Shown piece by piece: positions 9,098 through 18,301 of a DNA stretch of 64,000 nucleotides. The stretch is from a virus. The DNA lies in IMG/VR virus record IMGVR_UViG_3300008952_002488, positions 1 to 64,000 of that record. The stretch is one strand, 5' to 3'. Below the pieces are notes generated by a model. It ran no database searches, had not been told where the DNA came from, and saw nothing but the letters and a program-made list of their open reading frames with translations. The position numbers were made by a program, and so were the translations under genes. Positions within the stretch are counted from its first letter, which is position 1. Every line of letters starts with the position of its first letter.

Positions 9098-9421
9098 ATG
9101 AAAATAACAAAAACATACCTGAGAAAAGTTATTAAAGAAGAACTAAGCAATCTTAAAGAAGCGGAAGACCCTAAAGAATTGGTGGGACTTATGGTGAGTA
9201 AGTTGGCCCCTCTAAAGGGAAAAATTGAAGCTGCCTCAAAAACAGTAGACCTCAAACTAGCCCTCGTAAAGGCTTTGTTATCTCACCCAGAAACATTTGC
9301 AATGGACGAAGGCGAACTAGACAAAGCATTTGCAATGCTCAAGAGATCTGTCCAAAAAGGACAAGAAACTGCCAAACAGCAAGCAAAAGCCCCCGCCCCC
9401 GCAACAGGCCGGCCTGAATAA
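9098..9421 (+). CDS. MKITKTYLRKVIKEE-leader protein
   Basis: Shared leader. Confidence 0.8.
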   Translation: MKITKTYLRKVIKEELSNLKEAEDPKELVGLMVSKLAPLKGKIEAASKTVDLKLALVKALLSHPETFAMDEGELDKAFAMLKRSVQKGQETAKQQAKAPAPATGRPE

Positions 9422-9431
9422 TCATTAACTG

Positions 9432-9440
9432 ACTATTTAT
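9432..9440 (+). promoter_or_regulatory. putative late promoter ACTATTTAT
   Basis: Upstream of the holin-like/tubulin/terminase gene run. Confidence 0.6.
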
Positions 9441-9464
9441 ATCTACAGAGGAGGTGCTGTAGAT

Positions 9465-9647
9465 ATGCACGAAAAACTAGACAAATGGCTCGGTAAGTGG
9501 GCTTCACGAAAATTAATAGTATGGGGAACTTCCACCGCTTTCTTGGCGGCTGGTCATCTTACGAGCAGCGACTGGGTTGCTGTATCTCTCGCATACATTG
9601 GACTACAAGGAGCAGCCGACATTGCTGCTAAGTGGAAGCACGGCTGA
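9465..9647 (+). CDS. small two-TM holin-like protein
   Basis: 60 aa; SRKL...W...YIGxQG..D pattern typical of small phage holins; GGAGG SD. Confidence 0.55.
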   Translation: MHEKLDKWLGKWASRKLIVWGTSTAFLAAGHLTSSDWVAVSLAYIGLQGAADIAAKWKHG

Positions 9648-9961
9648 TGAAATGGTTATGGTACAAACTGAAGTCAGGCTGGTGGAAGCTTGTACTGGGG
9701 ATCGTCGTCTTGGCGAGCCTGCTCATTTACTTTTATCGTCTGTTAAAACCCACAGACGACAAGATAGAGTATTTAGAAGCAATAAAAACAGAAGCAACAT
9801 TCGCCTTAAAGGAATCAGAGTTGCGTGGTAGACTGGAAAAAGATAAGATTGGAGCAGTCAAGAGCGTCTTTGAAAATCGTCTGCGGGACACCGAAAAAAT
9901 AGACGACAGAGAAGAGCGATTGAAGGCTTTGATCAGATTACATAAAGAACTAGATATCTAA
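9647..9961 (+). CDS. N-terminally anchored coiled-coil membrane protein (possibly spanin-like)
   Basis: Single N-terminal TM followed by a charged helical region. Confidence 0.45.
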   Translation: MKWLWYKLKSGWWKLVLGIVVLASLLIYFYRLLKPTDDKIEYLEAIKTEATFALKESELRGRLEKDKIGAVKSVFENRLRDTEKIDDREERLKALIRLHKELDI

Positions 9962-9973
9962 GGAGATAAAAAA

Positions 9974-11110
9974 ATGGTAGATATTCCTACACTTGACATC
10001 GAGGATTACGATCCCGACCTAAACGAAGAAGAGGAGGCTGTTGAGGACAAGGCCGGCGGCGCTCTTACTTATGCTATTGTAGGCGCTGGCCAAGGCGGCG
10101 GACGTATGGCTAAAGCGTTTTATGATATGGGTTATACCAAGACGGTTGCTGTAAATACAGCCCGTTCTGATTTAAATGGGCTTGATATACCTGACAATCA
10201 AAAATTCCTTGTTGACGAACACGGCGAGCAAGGTGCCGGCAAAGACCAAAAAAAGGCTCAAGCCGCAATCGAACGAAAGGAGCAAGAAGTATTCAATTTG
10301 TTCCGTGAAGTTTTCGGTAGCAACGTTGACCGTATCTTGATTTGCTTAGGTGTCTCCGGCGGCTCTGGCGGTGGAACAGTTAACACTCTTATTAAGGTTG
10401 CCAAGAAGTATTTCACTTATATTGGCGTAGAGGATGTTGATAAGCGTGTTGGTGTTGTGGCATCTCTGCCCACAGCAGGTGAGTCCGCATCCCCCACCGT
10501 TGCCAAGAATGCTCATGCTCGGATCACTGATCTTTGCGTGCAAGCAGAAAAAGGAAAGATTGCCCCTCTTATTATGGTGGATAACGAAAAGATTAAAAAG
10601 CTTTACCCCAAACTTACAGTGAAGAAGTTTTGGAAGACCATCAACAACACAGTTGCAGGTTTGTTCCATGTATTTAACGTCCTTGCCAATAAGGATTCAG
10701 AGTACACCACGTTTGATGCCACGGATTATGATAGCGTTATGCGCCAGTCTGGGTGTATGATTATGGGCGTGACAACTGTTAAAGATGTTGAGAATGAAAC
10801 CGCTGTCTCAACTGCGCTTAAAAAGAATCTTGAGAAAACACTTCTCGCCGAAGGTTTTGACCTGACTACGGCAACGGGCGCTGCTTGTATTGTGGTGGGT
10901 GGAGAAGTCATTTTTGAGGAGACTGCTGGACTGATGGACAACATTGAGTTCGGGTTTGACACTTTGGCTGCTCTAACAGGTGGAGCCATTATTCATCGTG
11001 GCATCTATGAAGATGATAAGCGTGATAAGCTGGTTGCCTATACTTTGGTTAGCGGTCTCCTGCGTCCTGCCAAACGTATCGAGGGGCTCAAAAAGTTCCT
11101 GAAGAAATAA
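9974..11110 (+). CDS. tubulin/FtsZ-family GTPase (PhuZ/TubZ-like)
   Basis: GAGQGGGRMA T1 loop, AVNTA, GAGKD, GVSGGSGGGT signature, DNEK, FDATD T7-like. Confidence 0.88.
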   Translation: MVDIPTLDIEDYDPDLNEEEEAVEDKAGGALTYAIVGAGQGGGRMAKAFYDMGYTKTVAVNTARSDLNGLDIPDNQKFLVDEHGEQGAGKDQKKAQAAIERKEQEVFNLFREVFGSNVDRILICLGVSGGSGGGTVNTLIKVAKKYFTYIGVEDVDKRVGVVASLPTAGESASPTVAKNAHARITDLCVQAEKGKIAPLIMVDNEKIKKLYPKLTVKKFWKTINNTVAGLFHVFNVLANKDSEYTTFDATDYDSVMRQSGCMIMGVTTVKDVENETAVSTALKKNLEKTLLAEGFDLTTATGAACIVVGGEVIFEETAGLMDNIEFGFDTLAALTGGAIIHRGIYEDDKRDKLVAYTLVSGLLRPAKRIEGLKKFLKK

Positions 11111-11111
11111 A

Positions 11112-11492
11112 ATGAAAAAAGTAGTTGCACTCATACTGCTCTTTTCGCTTAACGCCGCTGCGGCAGAGGTTACGAAGTTCGAGCCTCGCCCAGCGGCTGT
11201 TGAGCAAGAGGGCAACACCTATGTTGGAATTCTGTTGAGCGAAGAAGACTTTCGCAAAATACTGGAAAAGAAAATTGACACCAACGCCAAACTGGCAGAC
11301 TGCTCTGTGGATAAAAAGGTATGCACCCAAATGCAAGAGACGTACAAATTATCCATCACAAAACTAGAAGACCAACTCAAGAAAAACAACTCATGGTTTG
11401 ACAGAAATCGGGGAACCCTCGGTCTTCTCACGGGTTTGGTGATAGGAACTGGCGTTTCTATCGGCATTGTTCATGCTGTATATCAAAAGTGA
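11112..11492 (+). CDS. exported protein with signal peptide, coiled coil and C-terminal TM (possible lysis accessory)
   Basis: MKKVVALILLFSLNAAA signal peptide; C-terminal hydrophobic helix. Confidence 0.5.
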   Translation: MKKVVALILLFSLNAAAAEVTKFEPRPAAVEQEGNTYVGILLSEEDFRKILEKKIDTNAKLADCSVDKKVCTQMQETYKLSITKLEDQLKKNNSWFDRNRGTLGLLTGLVIGTGVSIGIVHAVYQK

Positions 11493-11968
11493 AGAACGTG
11501 GATTACGACTATATTGCAGCGGTCGAGAAAGCCGTCGCAGAAAAATACGGAAAAGAGACAGTACAAGACTTCAGGTCTCTGTGGCAGGTAGAAAAAGAAA
11601 AAGACTACCTCCAGCAGTTAAAAAAGAGAAGAGTTCGCAACAGAAACAAAAGAAACTTAAAACAAAATTTAGAGATCGGTGACATTGTTATCAGAAAAAG
11701 CCGGACCAATAAAGAAAAGTGCCGATCCTGCCCGGTATGCAAAACATATTCATTTTCAGCGGGTGACGACCTATATATGAATAGGTTTGACTGTTGTCAA
11801 CAATGTTATATTGAGTATGTGGAGTTTCGTGAAGAAAGGTGGGTTGTCGATGGCTGGAGACCTTCTCACGGAGAATACAAACCACCCAGACTCAGAAGTT
11901 TCATTCGGGCAGTTAAACAATACGTTGGTAAATTTTTAAGGAGAATAAAAAAATGGCTACCATTCTAG
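11489..11968 (+). CDS. hypothetical zinc-finger protein
   Basis: CPVC...CCQQC motifs. Confidence 0.6.
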   Translation: MKNVDYDYIAAVEKAVAEKYGKETVQDFRSLWQVEKEKDYLQQLKKRRVRNRNKRNLKQNLEIGDIVIRKSRTNKEKCRSCPVCKTYSFSAGDDLYMNRFDCCQQCYIEYVEFREERWVVDGWRPSHGEYKPPRLRSFIRAVKQYVGKFLRRIKKWLPF

Positions 11969-12492
11969 ATGTAATTAAAGGGTTGAATCAGGCGGCAGCA
12001 AATGCTTACGACGGATACCAGATGGACGAAACAGTCGGTCTTCGGCGTGAAGAGGGTCATCCTATTGTTGACAGCAGGGTGATGGACGGTTTTTCTGTGA
12101 AGTTTGCCGCAGATAAATTAATCATCGGATACCAGAGTGAAGTGCTTATGAAAGAGGTTCACCCCCGAAATCAATTTGAAAACGAAATTGAGCGCCGCTT
12201 TAAGGATATTGTTAAATACCTCAAGAAAGAATACAAAAATATAACAAACTCCAGCGTTAATCTCACAGAGGTTGACGCTGCTGATATTTTGGTCCAAAGC
12301 ACTTCTAGGGTTAGAAATTGGGTGCAAGCAACCAAGCAATATAAGATTGGCGGCGCTGGGGAAACAGAATCTCTCAAGCAACCATCCAGCGACAAGATGG
12401 AAGACGGTATTAAAAAGTTCATGGAACTTTCGACCACCAAGCGCCCCAAGAATGATAAGGCTCCGAAGAACCCAGATACACCGAAGGCATAA
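11953..12492 (+). CDS. hypothetical protein upstream of terminase
   Basis: ORF with GGAG SD. Confidence 0.65.
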   Translation: MATILDVIKGLNQAAANAYDGYQMDETVGLRREEGHPIVDSRVMDGFSVKFAADKLIIGYQSEVLMKEVHPRNQFENEIERRFKDIVKYLKKEYKNITNSSVNLTEVDAADILVQSTSRVRNWVQATKQYKIGGAGETESLKQPSSDKMEDGIKKFMELSTTKRPKNDKAPKNPDTPKA

Positions 12493-14073
12493 ATGAGCCT
12501 CAACAAAAAGGAAATGATGACAGAGATCGTGCGCTCCGGCAAGGATCCTGTCTATTTCTCTAATAAGTACGCAAAAATATCTCACCCGATGCATGGGCTT
12601 ATTCCCTTTGATATGTACAGGTTCCAAGAGGACGCCCTGAGAGATTTCAAGAAGCATCGGTTTAATATAATCCTAAAAGCAAGACAGTTGGGTATTTCTA
12701 CCACTGTTGCTGCTTATGTTTGTTGGCTTATGCTTTTCCACCGTGACAAAAATATATTGGTTGTTGCGACAAAATTAGGAACCGCAGCCAATTTGGTTAA
12801 AAAGGCAAAGGCGATATATAAAAATCTTCCTGCTTGGCTAAGAATTGCAACAATTGAAATTGATAATAGAAACTCTTTTGAGTTGTCTAATGGCTCTCAA
12901 GTAAAAGCCTCCTCTACCTCGGGCGATGCAGGTCGCTCGGAAGCTTTATCCCTTCTTGTCGTCGATGAGGCTGCGATTGTGGAAGGTCTTGATGAAATGT
13001 GGGCAGGGCTTTACCCCACTCTGTCAACGGGTGGGACCTGCATTGCTCTGAGTACGCCCTATGGCGTTGGCAACTGGTTTCACAAAAACTACATTGAGGC
13101 AGAAGAGGGTAAAAACGACTTTAATCCAATTAAGCTACCGTGGAACGTACATCCAGAACGAGACCAAACTTGGTTCGCTAAAGAAACCCGCAACATGTCG
13201 AAGAGAGAAATTGCCCAAGAGCTTGAGTGTAACTTTAACGCTTCAGGGGAGACAGTTGTTCATGGTGACGATCTGAGGAGAATATTAGACAGCGTATCTG
13301 AGCCAAAATATAAAACAGGGTTTGACAGAAATTATTGGATTTGGGAACCCCCAGAGCCAGGAAGAGAGTATCTGGCTATTGCCGATGTGGCTCGTGGCGA
13401 CGGGTCAGACTATAGCGTTTGTCAGGTTATTGATTTGCAGACGATGAACCAAGTTGCAGAATATCAAGGAAAAATAACTCCTGATATGTTTGCTCCTCTT
13501 TTGTCAAGTATGGCTACTGAATACAACGGTGCGTTATTGGTTATCGAAAACAACTCTTTGGGGATAGGCGTCCTCAGTCGCTTAGAAGAAATTGGTTATG
13601 AAAACCTTTATTACAGTATCCGATCAACGCACGAATATGTGGATCAAGCTACCGCTGAAGCAATTGGTGGTGTTGCGGGCTTTACCATGTCTATGAAGAC
13701 CCGCCCCTTGGTTATCTCTAAGTTTGAGGAATTCGTAAGAAACAAACTAATTACTATTAACTCAATGCGGTTAGCCAATGAGATAAAAACATTTATCTGG
13801 CACAATGGACGACCACAGGCAATGAGGGGTTATAATGATGATCTTGTTATAGCGACATGTATTGGGTGCTGGGTAAGAGATACGGCTTTAACAGTGAACA
13901 AAAGGGAAATAGAGTACAAAAAGGCAATGATCGGCGGAATATCAGTGAGCAGTAAGACTTTTAACACTAAAATAGAAGGAATGCAGGGGTATAAAAAACC
14001 TGTAAAATCAAAAAATACATTTCAAGGCAACGATGGCAAAAATTATGATTTGTCTTGGATAATTAAGGGATAA
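12493..14073 (+). CDS. terL: terminase large subunit (T4 gp17-like)
   Basis: KARQLGIST Walker A, LLVVDEAA Walker B, STPYG, ADVARG and NDDLV nuclease motifs. Confidence 0.95.
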   Translation: MSLNKKEMMTEIVRSGKDPVYFSNKYAKISHPMHGLIPFDMYRFQEDALRDFKKHRFNIILKARQLGISTTVAAYVCWLMLFHRDKNILVVATKLGTAANLVKKAKAIYKNLPAWLRIATIEIDNRNSFELSNGSQVKASSTSGDAGRSEALSLLVVDEAAIVEGLDEMWAGLYPTLSTGGTCIALSTPYGVGNWFHKNYIEAEEGKNDFNPIKLPWNVHPERDQTWFAKETRNMSKREIAQELECNFNASGETVVHGDDLRRILDSVSEPKYKTGFDRNYWIWEPPEPGREYLAIADVARGDGSDYSVCQVIDLQTMNQVAEYQGKITPDMFAPLLSSMATEYNGALLVIENNSLGIGVLSRLEEIGYENLYYSIRSTHEYVDQATAEAIGGVAGFTMSMKTRPLVISKFEEFVRNKLITINSMRLANEIKTFIWHNGRPQAMRGYNDDLVIATCIGCWVRDTALTVNKREIEYKKAMIGGISVSSKTFNTKIEGMQGYKKPVKSKNTFQGNDGKNYDLSWIIKG

Positions 14074-14075
14074 AA

Positions 14076-15977
14076 ATGGCTGACCAAAGCAATCAACAAA
14101 ACGAAAACAACCCACGCAACCAAGAATCTTCTTTGTTTAAGAGGCTGACACGGCTGTTTAGTGGTCCCATCGTAAATTACAATCAACCGTCTGTAACTCG
14201 GACTACTGCTCGAACAGCAAAAAAATATACTTTTAAAACAAGTACGGGCAAAGAGTTCAAAAAGAAAGAATATTACAACCCCTTCTCCGGACTCCAAAGT
14301 AAAGTATTGTTGAATCGTGATAAACAGATGCGATACACTGATTTTGATCAGATGGAATATACTCCGGAAATCGCCTCAGCTATGGACGTATATGCTGATG
14401 AAATTACCACGTCTTCTGAGCTAACTAATTTGGTTCATATTGATTGCCATAACCGAGAAATAAAAGACATTGTTCATACCTTGTTATATACTGTTTTGAA
14501 TGTGGAGTCAAATCTTTTTGGCTGGGCACGAAGTATGTGCAAATATGGTGACTATTATCTCTATCTGGATATCGACGATGAACTCGGGGTTACCAACGTT
14601 GTTCCTCTTCCCGTTAGAGAAGTTGAGAGAATAGAGGGCAAAGATCCAACAAATCCAAACTATATTCAATATTACTGGTCTGGCGATTCGCAGCCTGGAG
14701 TTACTTTTGAAAATTGGCAATTAGCCCACTTCCGTGTTCTGGGAGACGACAAGTATGTTCCATATGGTACGTCTGTTCTTGAGTCTGCTCGTCGTATATG
14801 GAGACAACTAACTCTCCTAGAAGATGCCATGATGGCTTATCGTATTGTCCGCTCCCCTGAACGACGGGTATTTTACATTGACGTTGGGAATATCGCCGTA
14901 GAAGATGTGGAACAATATATCGAACAAGTAAAAACTCAGATGAAGCGCAACCAAGTGGTGGATGCAGACACTGGACGGGTAGACCTTCGTTACAATCCCA
15001 TGAGTATTGACGAAGATTATTATATTCCTGTCCGTGCGGGGCAATCGTCGAGAATAGAGACCCTAGCCGGCGGAGCATTCACAGGAGATATTGACGATGT
15101 TAACTATCTGAGGGACAAACTCTTTTCAGCACTGAAGATTCCGAAGGCTTATTTGGCGCAAGCGGATACAGTGGAGGACAAGACGACTCTAGCCCAAAAG
15201 GATATCCGCTTTGCTAGAACCATTCAAAGACTCCAAAGGGTTGTCCTTGCGGAGTTGGAGAAAATATGCATTATCCACTTATTCACCCTGGGGTATCGTG
15301 ATAATGATTTGACCAATTTTAGATTGAGCCTAAACAACCCGTCTAAGATTGCAGAACTACAAGAATTAGAGCACTTGAGAACCAAATTTGATATTGCGGG
15401 CACTGCTACGGAAGGTTACTTCTCTAGGCGCTGGGTCTATAAGAACATCTTTAAGCTTGACGATGATGAAATTGAGCGCATGATGTTCGAGCAATATACC
15501 GACTCCAAACATGCAGCAATGGTTGAGTCTGCTGGCGGCGCAGTTGGCGAGGCAGCAGGTGCAGCTATGACCGCTGGTCTCGGCGGAGGCGAAGAAGACC
15601 TAGGAGGCGAAGAAGACCTAGGAGGGGAAGACCTAGGAGGAGAGGACCTAGAAGGAGAAGGTGGCGATGAGGCCGGAGAAGAGGGACCACTCTTAGCAGA
15701 GCCAGGGCAAAGAGATGATTGGTATGTTCCAGTGGCTTCGGACCAGCGCCGCTCAGGAGCTAGAAAAAGAAGCTATCTGGCTAGTGCGGGAGAAAAGGCT
15801 GCCTATCCCGGTCGTGAGAGACTATTTAAGGGTGTAGCCGATGGTTTGGGTCCATTGTCTCGGGGCATAACTGGCGAATCGATGGAAAGAGAAGAGAATC
15901 TAATTACAGAAACTAATTTTGAGATTAAAAAACTAATATCAGATCTGGAAAAGAAATATGAAGGCGAAACACAATAA
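14076..15977 (+). CDS. portal protein (T4 gp20-like) with acidic C-terminal extension
   Basis: LEDAMMAYRIVRSPERRVFYIDVG, EDYYIPVR, DIDDVNY, ALKIPKAYL motifs. Confidence 0.95.
   Translation: MADQSNQQNENNPRNQESSLFKRLTRLFSGPIVNYNQPSVTRTTARTAKKYTFKTSTGKEFKKKEYYNPFSGLQSKVLLNRDKQMRYTDFDQMEYTPEIASAMDVYADEITTSSELTNLVHIDCHNREIKDIVHTLLYTVLNVESNLFGWARSMCKYGDYYLYLDIDDELGVTNVVPLPVREVERIEGKDPTNPNYIQYYWSGDSQPGVTFENWQLAHFRVLGDDKYVPYGTSVLESARRIWRQLTLLEDAMMAYRIVRSPERRVFYIDVGNIAVEDVEQYIEQVKTQMKRNQVVDADTGRVDLRYNPMSIDEDYYIPVRAGQSSRIETLAGGAFTGDIDDVNYLRDKLFSALKIPKAYLAQADTVEDKTTLAQKDIRFARTIQRLQRVVLAELEKICIIHLFTLGYRDNDLTNFRLSLNNPSKIAELQELEHLRTKFDIAGTATEGYFSRRWVYKNIFKLDDDEIERMMFEQYTDSKHAAMVESAGGAVGEAAGAAMTAGLGGGEEDLGGEEDLGGEDLGGEDLEGEGGDEAGEEGPLLAEPGQRDDWYVPVASDQRRSGARKRSYLASAGEKAAYPGRERLFKGVADGLGPLSRGITGESMEREENLITETNFEIKKLISDLEKKYEGETQ
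15585..15650 (+). repeat. in-frame tandem repeat encoding GG(E)EDL x4
   Basis: GGAGGCGAAGAAGACCTA x2 followed by two 15-bp variants. Confidence 0.85.
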
Positions 15978-16791
15978 AAAAAGAAACACAGCTTTTGTCT
16001 ACGAAGCTCTCATAAGGGAGATGTCAAAAGCGGTTTTAGTGGGAGATAGATCTCGCCAAAATAAAGTGCTAGAAATCTTAAAAAAGCATTTTAACGAAAC
16101 GAGCCTGCTAGGAAAAGAACTGAGTTGTTATAAAGCCTTGACAGAATCAAAAGATCTTGATAAGTACACTGCTGAAAAAATGGTATATCGTGCCCGGCGT
16201 GAATATGAAGACTTAGACAGCGTACAAATTTTTAAAGAACAGTCTCAAGTAATTAAAGCAATCAACAAAGAGGTTTCTTCTGAGGTATTTTCCAACTTTG
16301 TTCCGAACTATAGATCTTATGCAACGATAGCTCAAATATTTAACAACAAAACGCCTGTTAAGAAAAAAGTTATTTTAGAACAAGAAGTAATAAAAAACAT
16401 TACATCCAAAAAAGGAACCGAGGATCACACCCTAAAGCCCATTGATTCTCTGGTAGTGAAAACTTTCACCAAAAATTTCAATGATAAATATAAAGAACTT
16501 CTACCTGAGCAGAAAAAGCTTTTAGGAAAGTATATTTTCTCTTTTGGGCAGAACGAGGCAGACTTCAGGTTATTTATGGCTGAAGAATTGACCAGAATAA
16601 AAGAAGAGATACAGAATTCTCTAACTCTAGAAGAAGTTAGGTCTGATGACGAAATGGTGAAAAATACCAACCGAGTTCTTAAAGATATAGAACAATATAA
16701 TGTTTCTATGATTAGAGAAGCGGATATTAAAAAAGTCCTTAAACTACAAAAACTTGTAAGCGAGTATTCGTCCGATGCCCCTGAAGATTAA
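15958..16791 (+). CDS. hypothetical head-module protein
   Basis: Long ORF (KHNKKRNTAFVYEAL) immediately after portal. Confidence 0.7.
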   Translation: MKAKHNKKRNTAFVYEALIREMSKAVLVGDRSRQNKVLEILKKHFNETSLLGKELSCYKALTESKDLDKYTAEKMVYRARREYEDLDSVQIFKEQSQVIKAINKEVSSEVFSNFVPNYRSYATIAQIFNNKTPVKKKVILEQEVIKNITSKKGTEDHTLKPIDSLVVKTFTKNFNDKYKELLPEQKKLLGKYIFSFGQNEADFRLFMAEELTRIKEEIQNSLTLEEVRSDDEMVKNTNRVLKDIEQYNVSMIREADIKKVLKLQKLVSEYSSDAPED

Positions 16792-17314
16792 ACTCGGACA
16801 AGCTGCCATACCACCCCAGGCAACAGTAGAGCTTCAGGTCAGTAAAACCATGGGGGGGAATTTATTGATTAGTGACCACGAAAAGATGGATATAATCATC
16901 GTCCCTGCTCAGAATAAAATATCGACCTTACCAAAACTTTATGCTGGCGATAATATTTATGAGTACCAAAGGGATTTAATTGATTCTTTATATCGTGGAG
17001 GGGTAATTGACCCAGAAGGTATCCAAGGGGGCGTAAGGTTTGGAGTTTTGGAGGCGTTTATGGCTGCGCCGGTTGATGATATCGATCCTGTCCAAGTCGC
17101 CCTTCTTGAAATTGAAAAATATATTAAGAAAACTATGGGCGAAGAAGTTAAAGCCCGAGAATACGATAAAAACATTGAGGACCGATTCACTGATCCTAAC
17201 GCAGAAGAAAGCACAGAATACGGTGAAATAAAACCAGAAGAAGAAGAGGCTTATCGCCAATCGCAAGTCCAAGATCCAGCCTACACCTTTGTGGGGCAAG
17301 GTTATCTTTACTAG
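16775..17314 (+). CDS. hypothetical protein
   Basis: ORF track; operon context. Confidence 0.65.
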   Translation: MPLKIKLGQAAIPPQATVELQVSKTMGGNLLISDHEKMDIIIVPAQNKISTLPKLYAGDNIYEYQRDLIDSLYRGGVIDPEGIQGGVRFGVLEAFMAAPVDDIDPVQVALLEIEKYIKKTMGEEVKAREYDKNIEDRFTDPNAEESTEYGEIKPEEEEAYRQSQVQDPAYTFVGQGYLY

Positions 17315-17322
17315 GAAAAGCA

Positions 17323-17664
17323 GTGCTGGTCTATTTTATACTTTGTACCTATGGTTTAACTCAAATTTTAGTTTTTTCAACTCTGTTTGACAAAATCCGC
17401 CCAAGTCATCATTTTTTTCATTGCCCCATGTGCGTCGGCTTCTGGTCAGGTGTATTTCTTCTGCTCCTAAACCCGTTTACAGAACTATTTACATTTGATG
17501 TTTCGTTGATAAATGCTTTTTTGCTAGGGTGCTTGTCTTCTGGAACATCGTATGCGTTATGTATGCTCATATCGGACGGAGGATTTCAACATGAATACCG
17601 AACTAAAGGGAATGTGGACGCAAAAGTGGAGACTAAGACCAGTCGCCAGGTGTTGCAGGGGTAG
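17323..17664 (+). CDS. small membrane protein with CPMCVGFW motif (DUF1360-like)
   Basis: Several TM segments and a CxxCxxxW motif. Confidence 0.6.
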   Translation: MLVYFILCTYGLTQILVFSTLFDKIRPSHHFFHCPMCVGFWSGVFLLLLNPFTELFTFDVSLINAFLLGCLSSGTSYALCMLISDGGFQHEYRTKGNVDAKVETKTSRQVLQG

Positions 17665-17695
17665 TAGTATCGTGCGGGTAGCGCCCGCACTCTAA
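17591..17695 (+). CDS. 34-aa basic overlapping peptide (MNTELKGMWTQKWRLRPVARCCRGSSIVRVAPAL)
   Basis: GGAGGA SD 7 nt upstream; promoter-like motif at 17484; stop abuts the protease SD. Confidence 0.5.
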   Translation: MNTELKGMWTQKWRLRPVARCCRGSSIVRVAPAL

Positions 17696-17705
17696 GGAGA
17701 AAACA

Positions 17706-18299
17706 ATGACTAAGAAATATGTCTTACAAGAGTTTATGAATCTGGATTATAGCGATGAACTTCTTACGGAAGAAGAGCGTGAAGGCAACAAGAGTGGTAT
17801 CCACCTCGTTTTGGCAGGCAAAATTCAAGCCGCTGGTAAAAAGAACGGAAATGGACGTATTTACCCCCGACCCATTTTGGAACGGGAAATGAAAAACTAT
17901 GAAAAGCTTGTCAAAGAAGGTCGAGCCATCGGCGAACTCGACCACCCTGACAGTTCCGTAGTAGAATTAAAAAATGCTAGCCACCTTGTCACAGAAGTGT
18001 GGTGGAAGGGCGACGATGTGATGGGAAAAATGAAAATTCTTAACACGCCCGCCGGTAAAATAGCCAAAGATCTCGTAAAGGGCGGCGTCCAGCTTGGTAT
18101 TTCCAGTCGTGGACTGGGGTCTACCCGCCAAGAGGGCAGCACCACTATGGTTGAGGACGATTTTCAGCTTCTTTGCTTTGACTTGGTTTCGGAACCAAGC
18201 ACTAGCGGGGCTTATTTGGTTGCCGAAGGCAAAGTGAACACCCACCTCACCAAGGCAGACCGTATCAACCGTGCCCTGAACGACGTTTTAGGGGATTAA
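17706..18299 (+). CDS. prohead protease (T4 gp21-like)
   Basis: NGNGRIYP, GELDHP (His), GISSRG (Ser), FDLVSEPS (Asp). Confidence 0.95.
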   Translation: MTKKYVLQEFMNLDYSDELLTEEEREGNKSGIHLVLAGKIQAAGKKNGNGRIYPRPILEREMKNYEKLVKEGRAIGELDHPDSSVVELKNASHLVTEVWWKGDDVMGKMKILNTPAGKIAKDLVKGGVQLGISSRGLGSTRQEGSTTMVEDDFQLLCFDLVSEPSTSGAYLVAEGKVNTHLTKADRINRALNDVLGD

Positions 18300-18301
18300 T
18301 A

